DNA of 64,000 nt from contig CBDDJL010000001.1 of the NCBI GenBank assembly GCA_965229715.1, positions 138,725 through 202,724 of the forward strand, in the 5' to 3' direction. The notes beneath the pieces are model-generated. The model did not search any database. It was not told the origin of the DNA and saw only the letters and a list, made by a program, of their open reading frames with translations. Shown one piece after another: positions 53,036 through 61,492 of this stretch (position 1 is the first letter of the stretch; every line of letters starts with the position of its first letter). The DNA is from Rhodospirillales bacterium (lineage in GTDB: Bacteria > Pseudomonadota > Alphaproteobacteria > Rhodospirillales > Casp-alpha2). Position numbers and translations under genes: made by a program.

Positions 53036-54127
53036 TCAGATCAACGCAATGGACCGATCCGCACCACGGAGACCAAAAACGGTCGCAAGGCAAAACAGAA
53101 TGGCCGCTTTGATAACCATGATGCCGAGGGCCATACCGAGGAAGTCGAGCGGGCTGGCAAACAGCATTCCGAAATCGATGCCGGCACCGACGGTGATGAA
53201 GAACAGGCCAAGCAGCAACCCTTTGAAGGGTTCGATGTCGCTCTCAAGCTCCTGTCGGTACTCACTGTCGGACAGAACAACACCGGCCAGGAATGTGCCA
53301 AGCGCAGGCGAAAGACCGACGTATGTCATGAGTACCGCAATGCCGATCACTAGCATCAAGGCGGCTGCGGTGAAGATTTCACGGAGCTTGCTCTCTGCGA
53401 TGAATCGGAACATCGGCCGAACAAGATAGCGTCCGCCGACAATGATCCCGACGATGGCGAGAAGAGTGACTACCGCGCGGGTCCAATCGGGCAGGTTATC
53501 AAACATCGTCGGTGATCCGTTGCCGCCGGGCGCTGCGGCAACGGCTGAGCCGACAGCCCAATCGAGCGTTGCGACACTCTCAATCGTGTCAAACAGCCCT
53601 TGCATGGCCTGTGTATCACTGACAGCCAGCAGCGGCAGCATTGCCAGCATTGGAATGACGGCAATGTCCTGCGTCAGCAGCACGGAAAACGATGATTTCC
53701 CACCGACGGTGGGCATCCAACCCTTTTCCTTCAAGGTCTGGAGTACAATCGCTGTTGACGACAGCGCCAGCACCATACCAATGGCGAGAGCTGTCGGCCA
53801 TTCGATACCGAAACATATCGCAGCACCGCCAATTGCTAACGTGCTCAGCAATACTTGCAGGCCACCGAGGCCGAGCAACTGTGTGCGCATCCGCCACAGC
53901 ATGGCTGGACGAAGTTCCAGGCCGACGAGAAACAGCATCATGACAACACCAAACTCGGCAAAGTGCTGCAGATCAGCGGTCTCACCACCGACAATACCGA
54001 GTACGGGCCCAATTGCCACACCGGCAATCAGGTAGCCAAGAACAGAACCAACCCCAAGTCGATTGGCGACAGGTACGGCGATAACAGCAGCAACGAGATA
54101 GACGAACGCGGCAGAGAACAGTTCCAT
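53036..54127 (-). CDS. KefB/KefC-type CPA2 K+/H+ antiporter, membrane domain only; apparently 3'-truncated (no KTN/RCK domain)
   Basis: MELFSAAFVYLVAAVIAVPVANRLGVGSVLGYLIAGVAIGP...FAEFGVVMMLFLVGLEL. ATG 54127 overlaps the kefF/G stop (TAATG). The ORF ends after 364 aa at ...VFGLRGADRSIALI, before the usual last helices and the ~220-aa KTN domain. Confidence 0.65.
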   Translation of the reverse strand: MELFSAAFVYLVAAVIAVPVANRLGVGSVLGYLIAGVAIGPVLGIVGGETADLQHFAEFGVVMMLFLVGLELRPAMLWRMRTQLLGLGGLQVLLSTLAIGGAAICFGIEWPTALAIGMVLALSSTAIVLQTLKEKGWMPTVGGKSSFSVLLTQDIAVIPMLAMLPLLAVSDTQAMQGLFDTIESVATLDWAVGSAVAAAPGGNGSPTMFDNLPDWTRAVVTLLAIVGIIVGGRYLVRPMFRFIAESKLREIFTAAALMLVIGIAVLMTYVGLSPALGTFLAGVVLSDSEYRQELESDIEPFKGLLLGLFFITVGAGIDFGMLFASPLDFLGMALGIMVIKAAILFCLATVFGLRGADRSIALI

Positions 54128-54741
54128 TAGCCAATCTCCGATCTGGCAGACTTGATGAGTTCGATCTCGTTGATTGTCTCCAGCGACGCAGCGGAACTCG
54201 GATCGATCAGATCGTCGCGGAAGGCGGTCAGCATCTTCAGGTAGTTCGAGATATGTTCTCGATCCCGCCCTTCTTCTGCTGAACGACCGGCGCCAAACAG
54301 GGCGAACGGGGCGAGATACTGCATGCGACAAAGATCAAATGTTTTCTCAAAAGGGGCGAGGAGGGTTCGGAGGTTCGCACCGTTGGCACCACTGGGGGAG
54401 TAAGCCTCTGCAGGTGCCCCGCAGGTCACAGCATTGAGAGCAATCTTGCCGTCCAGGGCATGGCCGTCATGGCCGTAGGCAAAACCGTGTTCGAGCACAA
54501 GATCCTGCCATTCCTTCAGAATCGCCGGTGATGAATACCAGTACAGGGGGTGCGGCATGATCACGACATCGTGGTCGAGCAGTCGCTGTTGTTCCTGGTC
54601 AATGTCGATATTGAACGTCGGATACTCGGCATAGAGATCGACGCATGTAATTCCCTCGATATCCTGTGCGCCCTGAAACATTCGGCTATTGACCCCGGAT
54701 CGGTCGGGTCTGGGATGGGCGAAGTAGACAATGGGTTTCAT
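54127..54741 (-). CDS. KefF/KefG-type flavodoxin-like NAD(P)H oxidoreductase (antiporter ancillary protein)
   Basis: MKPIVYFAHPRPDRSGVNSRM...DHDVVIMPHPLYWYSSPAILKEWQDLVLEHGFAYG. Confidence 0.8.
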   Translation of the reverse strand: MKPIVYFAHPRPDRSGVNSRMFQGAQDIEGITCVDLYAEYPTFNIDIDQEQQRLLDHDVVIMPHPLYWYSSPAILKEWQDLVLEHGFAYGHDGHALDGKIALNAVTCGAPAEAYSPSGANGANLRTLLAPFEKTFDLCRMQYLAPFALFGAGRSAEEGRDREHISNYLKMLTAFRDDLIDPSSAASLETINEIELIKSARSEIG

Positions 54742-54743
54742 CT

Positions 54744-55469
54744 TTACTCTCGGCCTTTGGCTACATCCGAGGAGAAGCGTGCGGCGTTTTCTTTGAGAAA
54801 CTCGGTCTCATCCGCCTGACCCCAGAATGCCGGTTGTGCCTTCGGAATGGTCAGGGCTTTCTGTACTGCTTCGCGTGAGTCCAGGCGGTCGAACCACGCC
54901 TGAAGATTGTCGAGGCCGTCCACAGAAACCTTTGCCCAGACATAGGCTCGGGCCCATGGATACGTGGCCATGTCAGCAATCGTATACTGATCAGCAGCTA
55001 ACCATTCGTGGTCGTTCAAACGGGCGTCGAGCACCTCGAGCAATCGACGGCTCTCGTCGACATAGCGTTTGATCGCGAAGGGTTCTTCCTGCCCGTTAGG
55101 TGCGGCAATCCGCTGGAAGTACATCGCCTGACCCATCATCGGGCCAATGCCTGCCATCTGGAACATAAGCCATTGCAGAGTTTCGGATTTTTGGTTGGCG
55201 TCATCGGGCAGGAACTGCCCGTATTTTTCCGCCAGATACCAGAGCATGGCACCACTTTCGAAGACGGCGAAGTTGTCGTTTGATCGATCAACGAGTGTCG
55301 GGATTCTGCCATTTGGGTTGAGTTGCAAGTATGCCGGAGCCTTCTGCTCCTTCTTCGCGAAGTCAATAAACGTCAATTCGTAGTCTACACCCGCTTCTTC
55401 GAGGAAGATCACCGGCTTGTACCCATTCATGGTCGCCGCAGTGTAAAGGTGGATATCAGGTTGGCTCAT
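54744..55469 (-). CDS. Glutathione S-transferase (YfcG/Nu-class-like)
   Basis: [82 protein letters not shown] 55469 has AAGGA 8 nt upstream. Confidence 0.85.
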   Translation of the reverse strand: MSQPDIHLYTAATMNGYKPVIFLEEAGVDYELTFIDFAKKEQKAPAYLQLNPNGRIPTLVDRSNDNFAVFESGAMLWYLAEKYGQFLPDDANQKSETLQWLMFQMAGIGPMMGQAMYFQRIAAPNGQEEPFAIKRYVDESRRLLEVLDARLNDHEWLAADQYTIADMATYPWARAYVWAKVSVDGLDNLQAWFDRLDSREAVQKALTIPKAQPAFWGQADETEFLKENAARFSSDVAKGRE

Positions 55470-55528
55470 GGCTGTTTCCTTCAGGCAAGAGGCCGGGGCT
55501 GCACGATTGAGCGCAGGCCCGGTGGGGG

Positions 55529-56332
55529 TCATATTTCCAGCGACCAGTGCTTCTGCTGGTAATCCAGGACGGCCTGGATCGCCTCTTCCGGGAATACTGT
55601 GCGGAACTTGTGGTGATCGGCGGCGATGACCTCGGCCATCTTTTCGATCATCGGTTGGGGATCCATCTGCAGGTTGTCGCCGGCGAACAGGTCGCGCACC
55701 TTGCGGATCGCTTCCGGCGGCGTGATGCTATTCGCCGGGTCGTACCAATCGTCCATCTTGTCATACATACGGTCGTTGAACCCGGTCCGGTACGCGCCCG
55801 GATTGATGGTTGCGACCTGAACGCCCATTGGTTCCAGCTCTTCCTGCATCAGTTCGGCAATGGCCTCCAGCGCGTGTTTCGACGCGGTATAAGGGGCCAG
55901 ATACGGGAAGGTCAGGAAACCCGCGATCGACGAAACGAACACCACCTTGCCGCGCCTGCGGCGAGCAAAGGATTGCGCATAGGGTTGCACGAATTCGACG
56001 GTCGAGAACACGTTGGTTTCGAACACATTGCGGATGCGGTTCACGTCGACTTCGGCAATCGGACCAGTGTCGCCAATGGCGGCGTTTGCCACCACAACGT
56101 CCACCTCGGCACCAAAGCGGTTGAAGGCAGCCTGACGGTCTTCAGCGCTGGTGATATCCAGCTTGACTGTTTCCAGCATCAGGCCCAGTTCAGCCGCTTC
56201 TGTCTTGAGCGTTTCGGCCCCTTCCAAACCGTGGGTCGTGGCGATCACCCGGTGACCCTGTTTCGCCAGTTCGAACGCCGCGCCCTTGCCAAGTCCACTG
56301 CCGGCGCCCGTGATTAGGATTGTCTTGCTCAT
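55529..56332 (-). CDS. Short-chain dehydrogenase/reductase
   Basis: [38 protein letters not shown] and YTASKHA. Confidence 0.85.
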   Translation of the reverse strand: MSKTILITGAGSGLGKGAAFELAKQGHRVIATTHGLEGAETLKTEAAELGLMLETVKLDITSAEDRQAAFNRFGAEVDVVVANAAIGDTGPIAEVDVNRIRNVFETNVFSTVEFVQPYAQSFARRRRGKVVFVSSIAGFLTFPYLAPYTASKHALEAIAELMQEELEPMGVQVATINPGAYRTGFNDRMYDKMDDWYDPANSITPPEAIRKVRDLFAGDNLQMDPQPMIEKMAEVIAADHHKFRTVFPEEAIQAVLDYQQKHWSLEI

Positions 56333-56347
56333 CTGTTGTTCCTCGCC

Positions 56348-56701
56348 TTAACCCTTTGGTTCCACGTCATTGTCCAGACGCTCGAACAACACGGCCTCGA
56401 CCGTGGTGTTTCCGACATTGCTGACCTGATGGGTCCAGGGGCCATTGTGCAGTACCTCGCCATCGGCCACCTCTTTCTCGACGGTCGAACCATCTTCGAG
56501 CCTGATGGACAGCGTCCCGCCCTTGATGAAGTAGACGATTTCCTCAGGATGGCGGTGCGGTTCATCTGTGGCACCGGGGACCATCTTCATGCGCACGAGG
56601 CGCGAGATGCCAGTGTTCACCAGCTCTTCATACATGTCGGGTGATGCTTCGTCGGCCAGCGGGGCGCGCTGACCGACGGCGACTAAAGGAGAGTTGTTCA
56701 T
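56348..56701 (-). CDS. Cupin-domain protein
   Basis: 117 aa with GATDEPHRHPEEIVYFIKGG...VADGEVLHNGPWTHQVSNVGNT, the cupin two-motif pattern. Confidence 0.7.
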   Translation of the reverse strand: MNNSPLVAVGQRAPLADEASPDMYEELVNTGISRLVRMKMVPGATDEPHRHPEEIVYFIKGGTLSIRLEDGSTVEKEVADGEVLHNGPWTHQVSNVGNTTVEAVLFERLDNDVEPKG

Positions 56702-56742
56702 TTCATGTATTTCCTTGATTGAGTGAATTCTGCGGGTGTGGC

Positions 56743-57354
56743 TCAGGCCACTTCCGACACGGGATTAGCGCCGAAAACGCGGGCTAGATGCGCGTCAAAA
56801 CGGGCAAAATCCGCGTCCACATCGGCGTTCTTCATCACGTCGAACGCGCCAAAGGTGGGCAGCGGCACCATGTCGAAGAATTTGGCATTCAGGTGCATCG
56901 GGCGCAGAAGATCGTCCAGCGAAGCGCCGTCAAAGAACGGTTCTGCGGGGTTGTCGAATGCCTCGGCCGGGGCGTTCAGTGTGACCGAGAGCATGTAAGT
57001 GGTGCCGGTCAGGGTGCCGCCCATACCGTAGTTTTTCTTCGGGGCTTCAGCCACGCGGCCATCGCCTTTGGTCAGGCGACCGTCCATGCCGACGGTATAA
57101 ACTTCGTCCATGTATTTCTTGAACGACCACGGCACACCCATCCAATTCACCGGGAACTGCATGATGACGGTGTCGGCCCATTGGTGATTGGCGACTTCCT
57201 GCTCGACGTCGTAGCCGTCAGCCACCTTGGTCACACGTACATCGTGACCGGCGGTCTTCAGAAACGCGGCGGCGCGCTCAACAAAGGCAGCGTTCAACTC
57301 GCCTTTTGCAAATGGGTAAGGTTGGTGGCCATTCAAGATCAGGATATTAGACAT
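56743..57354 (-). CDS. mdaB: NAD(P)H:quinone oxidoreductase MdaB
   Basis: Collinear with my recollection of E. coli MdaB: MSNILILNG...GHDVRVTKVADGYDVEQEVANHQWADTVIMQFPVNWMGVPWSFKKYMDEVYT...YMLSVTLNAP...LPTFGAFDVMKN. Confidence 0.85.
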   Translation of the reverse strand: MSNILILNGHQPYPFAKGELNAAFVERAAAFLKTAGHDVRVTKVADGYDVEQEVANHQWADTVIMQFPVNWMGVPWSFKKYMDEVYTVGMDGRLTKGDGRVAEAPKKNYGMGGTLTGTTYMLSVTLNAPAEAFDNPAEPFFDGASLDDLLRPMHLNAKFFDMVPLPTFGAFDVMKNADVDADFARFDAHLARVFGANPVSEVA

Positions 57355-57459
57355 GTGCACTCTCGCTTGTTTGGGTGGAACCTCTTGACGAGGAACAATG
57401 GTCGCGAGAAAATGCGTAACTAATCGACATAATGCAACTAGTATACTTTTTGTAACCTA

Positions 57460-57858
57460 ATGGATTTGTTAACCATGAAGGCACGTATTGAACAGGATGA
57501 GCGTGGGAGGCGTCAGGCTATCGAAGCCTGTCACGAACCATGCCCAATTGAACGCGGGATGAGGATTATTGGCGGCAAGTGGACAGGTTCGATCCTATGG
57601 CACCTCAAAGATGAACCTGTGCGGTTCAATGATCTGGCCCGAATGGTGGGCGGAGCCAGCAAGAAAATGATCACTGAGAGGCTTCGTCAACTTGAGCAGC
57701 AGGGGCTTGTCCGTCGCGACGTCATCGACACTTCACCTGTTACCGTCCAATATTCGATCACGCCATTTGGGGAGACTGCATTGGGCTTTCTTGATGAGCT
57801 CCGTCAATGGAGCGAGGCGCTCCTAAACGCTCAGGAGACGTCCGCCTCTGGCTATTAG
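57460..57858 (+). CDS. HxlR-family transcriptional regulator
   Basis: CPIERGMRIIGGKWTGSILWHLKDEPVRFNDLARMVGGASKKMITERLRQLEQQGLVRRD. Divergent from mdaB. Confidence 0.85.
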   Translation: MDLLTMKARIEQDERGRRQAIEACHEPCPIERGMRIIGGKWTGSILWHLKDEPVRFNDLARMVGGASKKMITERLRQLEQQGLVRRDVIDTSPVTVQYSITPFGETALGFLDELRQWSEALLNAQETSASGY

Positions 57859-57900
57859 CGGACGTTCAGCGCCTCCTCAGAAATTGTCCGCTAGTAGCCA
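57850..57900. repeat. REP-like repeat, exact inverted copy of 39649-39699
   Basis: 51/51 nt identity in inverted orientation. It overlaps the last codons and stop of the HxlR gene. Confidence 0.8.
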
Positions 57901-57987
57901 GCAGCGGTCCATCAAGAATTGAAGAGTCAAACCATAACAACCCATACGAGATTGCGTTTAACGGAGGTTTCGATTTAAGAATGCCTT

Positions 57988-58247
57988 ATGGGAGATATTT
58001 CCGCCCGGGTTGAATTCCAGTCTGCGCCCCTTCCTCATAACGAGATGGGGCGGCTCGACAAGCTAAAATCCTATGAAATCCTCGATACCGCTCCCGAAGA
58101 AAACTTCGATCGAATAACACGCACCGTAGCCACGTTGCTCGATGTCCCGATTTCACTCGTAAGCCTCGTTGACGAGACCCGCCAGTGGTTCAAGTCACAT
58201 TATGGCCTTGATGTATCCGAGACACCGCGCGAGATGTCGTTCTGTGC
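57988..58247 (+). pseudogene. GAF-sensor histidine kinase, 5' fragment (interrupted by the IS1-family element)
   Basis: The start of the GAF domain (RLDKLKSYEILDTAPEENFDRITRTVATLLDVPISLVSLVDETRQWFKSHYGLDVSETPREMSFCA) stops being family-like exactly at nt 58247. Confidence 0.85.
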
Positions 58248-58287
58248 GGTAGTGGGTCAGTTTGAAAATGGTGGCGGTTGACGGACG

Positions 58288-58539
58288 GTGGCAACCGGGA
58301 CGGCACAATGCCATATTATGAGCATGACCAGTAAGAAGCCAAAACGTCCTCGCGACCCCAATCAACTTGCCAAGAGCATTGTCGATATTGCGACCGGTGA
58401 AGCCGAAGAAGAAGGGGTTGATCGGAAGCGAAGCAAGGCCGGAAAGAAGGGGGCAAAAGCGCGGACTCGTGCGTTGACGCCAGAGCGGCGCTCCGAGATC
58501 GCCAGTATTGCCGCAGAGGCACGGTGGAAGAAGTCTTAA
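58288..58539 (+). CDS. Small Lys/Arg-rich hypothetical protein (83 aa; may start at an internal Met)
   Basis: SKKPKRPRDPNQLAKSIVDIATGE...KGAKARTRALTPERRSEIASIAAEARWKK. Nucleic-acid-binding-like composition, located inside the element. Confidence 0.5.
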   Translation: MATGTAQCHIMSMTSKKPKRPRDPNQLAKSIVDIATGEAEEEGVDRKRSKAGKKGAKARTRALTPERRSEIASIAAEARWKKS

Positions 58540-58913
58540 CTGGACTGTTTCTCTAGATGTTCCAGCGCCTCTAGCGCTTTCCGTTCCTCATAATCTTCCG
58601 TGAAATCCAACTCAAACTGAATGGGTTCTTCGTTGGGGTAGGCGAAGTTCATGTGGTCAACATCCGACTTTGCCCGGTACACATCATTCGCAATGGAGTC
58701 TCGACGTTGTTTGGCGGCTTTCTGGCGAAGCTGTGGTGTGCCGCCTTTGTCCACGTCAAACCAAAGTGTGCGTTGCGCACCCTCTTCAATCAGGGTGACA
58801 CACTGTTTGGCGCGATATGTCGTGCCTTCTTCATCAACCCTCATCGCCTGTCGTAGTACAGACGACAACTGCCGACGATAAATCTTGTGAATGTCCTCTG
58901 GGTGTGGTCGCAA
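58536..58913 (-). CDS. Hypothetical protein; start unresolved (the frame stays open to 59018 without a start codon)
   Basis: The track ORF begins at TTG 58913. The same frame reads a protein-like SWNEWEDLTGEDANNPDDFIDWAVEHGR upstream. A strong AGGAGG-N5-TTG at 59026 lies in another frame. Confidence 0.45.
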   Translation of the reverse strand: MRPHPEDIHKIYRRQLSSVLRQAMRVDEEGTTYRAKQCVTLIEEGAQRTLWFDVDKGGTPQLRQKAAKQRRDSIANDVYRAKSDVDHMNFAYPNEEPIQFELDFTEDYEERKALEALEHLEKQSS

Positions 58914-59035
58914 CCTGCCGTGTTCTACGGCCCAATCAATGAAGTCGTCGGGGTTATTTGCATCCTCTCCTGTAAGGTCTTCCCATTCATTCCAAGAGCG
59001 TAAATCTGTTCTTTGTAGTTAGCCAACTTAACCTC

Positions 59036-60196
59036 CTATAGGCCAACGGGAGCGATGTGACCCCAGCCGTCGCGGTAATCCCAATCCATGAAATGATCGC
59101 GCACGCCAGTCATGTACTTGCGCAACCAGCTATACGCTGATTTGTCCCCCGCCTTGTTTCTTTGAAATTGAATTTGTCCAATAACAATTGCGGGGTGAAT
59201 GTGATGACGCGCAGCGAACTGCAAAACATCACGTTCGGAAATAAACCGTCCCTTTCGCCTCATGAATGAAGCCAGTTTAGTTTGGGGGACAAGAAACTCG
59301 GCCGCAGCGTTGTCAGCTCTGCGTTCCTCATCAGGCAAATTGCTCTCGTCTCGATCAGGCTCAAACACATCAACATGAGCGCTTGACGGTTCCTTTCCGT
59401 CACCCTGTAAGACGTGCTCGATTTCGTGCCTAATCACAAAGCAAAGATTGTCCATCCGATTTAGGCGAGTCGAAATGCCGATGACGGGTTGGTCGTCTAA
59501 CCAAGTGCATACACCGTCAATTTTCGATCCATCGAGTGGCTCAACAACAACGAACCTAACGCCGCAATCCCAAAGAAGGTGGGGTATGCGTGGAAGATCA
59601 TCCTTGTCGTTCATGTGAGCGCGTATATTCGGAAGTGCCTTTTTTAGGGCTGTTGCGGAATAATCCGGGCACTCCATTGTATTCGCAATCATGCGGACAC
59701 GATGAAGCCACACTAGCTGAGTGGGGGAAGGCTCTTCATAGCCGCCCGTCTTTTTCGGTGCGTGCGCAGCGACTTCGCCATTGCCGACAAACGGAACATC
59801 ACTTACGCTGTTTTTTCCAAAGAATCGCATCATCTGCACGTCCAACAAATCGGCTTCCGTATCCTCAATCCAGCCACGGCGGATCATCTGCCGTACAGGG
59901 AATGTTTTGATCCAGTTGGCTCTTGTCTTAACGCCAGGGTCGGGACGCTTCGCTTTGTTCAAATCGTATAGTTTCTGCAAGTTGGCGAAGAACTCGGCTG
60001 GCACATCAAATGCGTCACCAAGAGCGGTAGCCATATCAACAGAAATATCCCGCTTTCCTGTAAGGAGCGGGTTTAGCTGCTGGACGCTAATACCAAGGAT
60101 GTACGCAAGGTCCACCTGATCCCAGCCACGCGCCTCCAATTCCTCACGAATGAAGAAGCCGGGGTGTTCAACCTTCGGTGTTTCAAGGTTTGACAT
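59036..60196 (-). CDS. higA: HigA-like XRE HTH antitoxin fused to an ImmA/IrrE-type zinc metallopeptidase domain
   Basis: N-terminus HPGFFIREELEARGWDQVDLAYILGISVQQLNPLLTGKRDISVDMATALGDAFDVPAEFFANLQKLYDL. HEXXH motif in VIRHEIEHVLQG. The start overlaps the higB stop (TGATG). Confidence 0.8.
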   Translation of the reverse strand: MSNLETPKVEHPGFFIREELEARGWDQVDLAYILGISVQQLNPLLTGKRDISVDMATALGDAFDVPAEFFANLQKLYDLNKAKRPDPGVKTRANWIKTFPVRQMIRRGWIEDTEADLLDVQMMRFFGKNSVSDVPFVGNGEVAAHAPKKTGGYEEPSPTQLVWLHRVRMIANTMECPDYSATALKKALPNIRAHMNDKDDLPRIPHLLWDCGVRFVVVEPLDGSKIDGVCTWLDDQPVIGISTRLNRMDNLCFVIRHEIEHVLQGDGKEPSSAHVDVFEPDRDESNLPDEERRADNAAAEFLVPQTKLASFMRRKGRFISERDVLQFAARHHIHPAIVIGQIQFQRNKAGDKSAYSWLRKYMTGVRDHFMDWDYRDGWGHIAPVGL

Positions 60197-60492
60197 CAGT
60201 GGTAATCCTCAATGGCCAGTATTCTTGCTTTCTGCGGTTCGGTGTCGCTGTCCAACTCAAAAATGAGCCGGTACTTTTTGTTGATTCTGATTGAGCGTTG
60301 GCCTTCGCGGTCTCCTTTCAGCTTTTCGTAATGCAGGCTCTTCCAGTTCCGAAGAGTCCGATCATCTGTGGCCGCCCGGAGAATGGTTAGCTTTCGGCGC
60401 GCGGACTGAATGACCGAAACAGGCAACCGGGTTGCGCCCGCCTTGTCTGTTTCGATGAGGGCCAATGACGGGTCCGCATACTCGATCTCCAT
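60196..60492 (-). CDS. higB: HigB-like (RelE/ParE superfamily) toxin
   Basis: 98 aa. RKLTILRAATDDRTLRNWKSLHYEKLKGDREGQRSIRINKKYRLIFELD...ILAIEDYH matches the HigB 'plasmid killer' pattern. It lies upstream of the antitoxin, as in higBA operons. Confidence 0.8.
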   Translation of the reverse strand: MEIEYADPSLALIETDKAGATRLPVSVIQSARRKLTILRAATDDRTLRNWKSLHYEKLKGDREGQRSIRINKKYRLIFELDSDTEPQKARILAIEDYH

Positions 60493-60598
60493 ACGTTCTT
60501 GTACACGTTAGATAGAATGAGATCAATAGTAATTTAACGCATCGCATTAAACTGACCGGAATGCTTGACAAAAGCCTCGGAATGGTCAGAATGAACAC

Positions 60599-61483
60599 AT
60601 GAGAAAGCTCGACCCCAAACAGCGCGGCCAAATTCTTCACCTGCTTTGTGAAGGCAACTCGATCCGTTCAATTGAGCGCATCACGGGTTGCAGTAAGAAC
60701 ACCATATCCAAGCTTCTCGTTGATGCTGGTAAGGCGTGCGCCGCCTATTACGATGAGTATGTGCGTGACGTTCCGGCAACGCGGGTCCAGTGCGATGAAA
60801 TCTGGTCCTTCTGCTACGCCAAGCAGCGCAACGTGGCGACGGCGAAGGCGGCTCCTGCCGAGGCCGGCGACGTGTGGACATGGACCGCATTGGACTCCGA
60901 TAGCAAGCTGATCGTGTCTTATCTAGTCGGCGGTCGCGATGCGGGTTACGCCCACGAGTTCATGCAGGACGTAGCGTCACGTCTCGCCAATCGCGTTCAG
61001 CTTACGACCGATGGTCACAAGCCCTATCTTGAAGCCGTTGAGGGGGCGTTTGGCGCTGGCGTCGATTACGCCCAACTCGTGAAGATGTATGGTGCCGCGC
61101 CAGAAGCGCACAAGGGCCGCTACAGCCCCGCCGAATGCACCGGCGCGAAGAAGCGCCGCGTTGAAGGCAATCCGAATCCGAAAGACGTAAGCACGTCGCA
61201 CGTCGAGCGAAACAACCTCACGATGCGGATGCACATGCGCCGGTTCACTCGACTGACCAATGCCTTCTCAAAGAAGATCGAAAACCACGCTCACGCCGTG
61301 GCGTTGCACATGACCTATTACAACTTCGCTCGCCAGCATAAGAGCCTCGACGGTCTTGCTCCGGCGATGGCGGCTGGCGTCTCGGATCGGCTCTGGGGAA
61401 TTGAGGATATTGTGGCACTTGTCGAGGCTGCGGACCCGAAACCGACGAAGCGTGGTCCCTACAAGAAAAAGAATTCAAACTGA
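60599..61483 (+). CDS. IS1-family (single-ORF subgroup) DDE transposase
   Basis: N-terminal HTH (GNSIRSIERITGCSKNTISKLL). Also VQCDEIWSFCYAKQRN, WTWTALDSDSKLIVSYLVGGRD, QLTTDGHKPY and SHVERNNLTMRMHMRRFTRLTNAFSKKIENH. The stop codon lies inside the right IR. Confidence 0.8.
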   Translation: MRKLDPKQRGQILHLLCEGNSIRSIERITGCSKNTISKLLVDAGKACAAYYDEYVRDVPATRVQCDEIWSFCYAKQRNVATAKAAPAEAGDVWTWTALDSDSKLIVSYLVGGRDAGYAHEFMQDVASRLANRVQLTTDGHKPYLEAVEGAFGAGVDYAQLVKMYGAAPEAHKGRYSPAECTGAKKRRVEGNPNPKDVSTSHVERNNLTMRMHMRRFTRLTNAFSKKIENHAHAVALHMTYYNFARQHKSLDGLAPAMAAGVSDRLWGIEDIVALVEAADPKPTKRGPYKKKNSN

Positions 61484-61492
61484 CCCACTACC

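Larger units (their letters stand above)
58248..61492 (+). mobile_element. 3,245-bp IS1-family transposable element carrying passenger genes (toxin-antitoxin cargo)
   Basis: Perfect 19-bp terminal inverted repeats: GGTAGTGGGTCAGTTTGAA at 58248-58266 and its reverse complement at 61474-61492. Flanked by an 8-bp direct duplication, TTCTGTGC, at 58240-58247 and 61493-61500. Confidence 0.9.

Noticed and set aside
60577-60595. An internal IRL-like sequence upstream of the IS1-family transposase start, taken as proof of a nested minimal IS.
   Set aside because: Only 10 of 19 positions match the terminal IR (GGTCAG..TGAA core) and the outer 7 nt do not match. I mention it as a hint within the finding but not as a feature.
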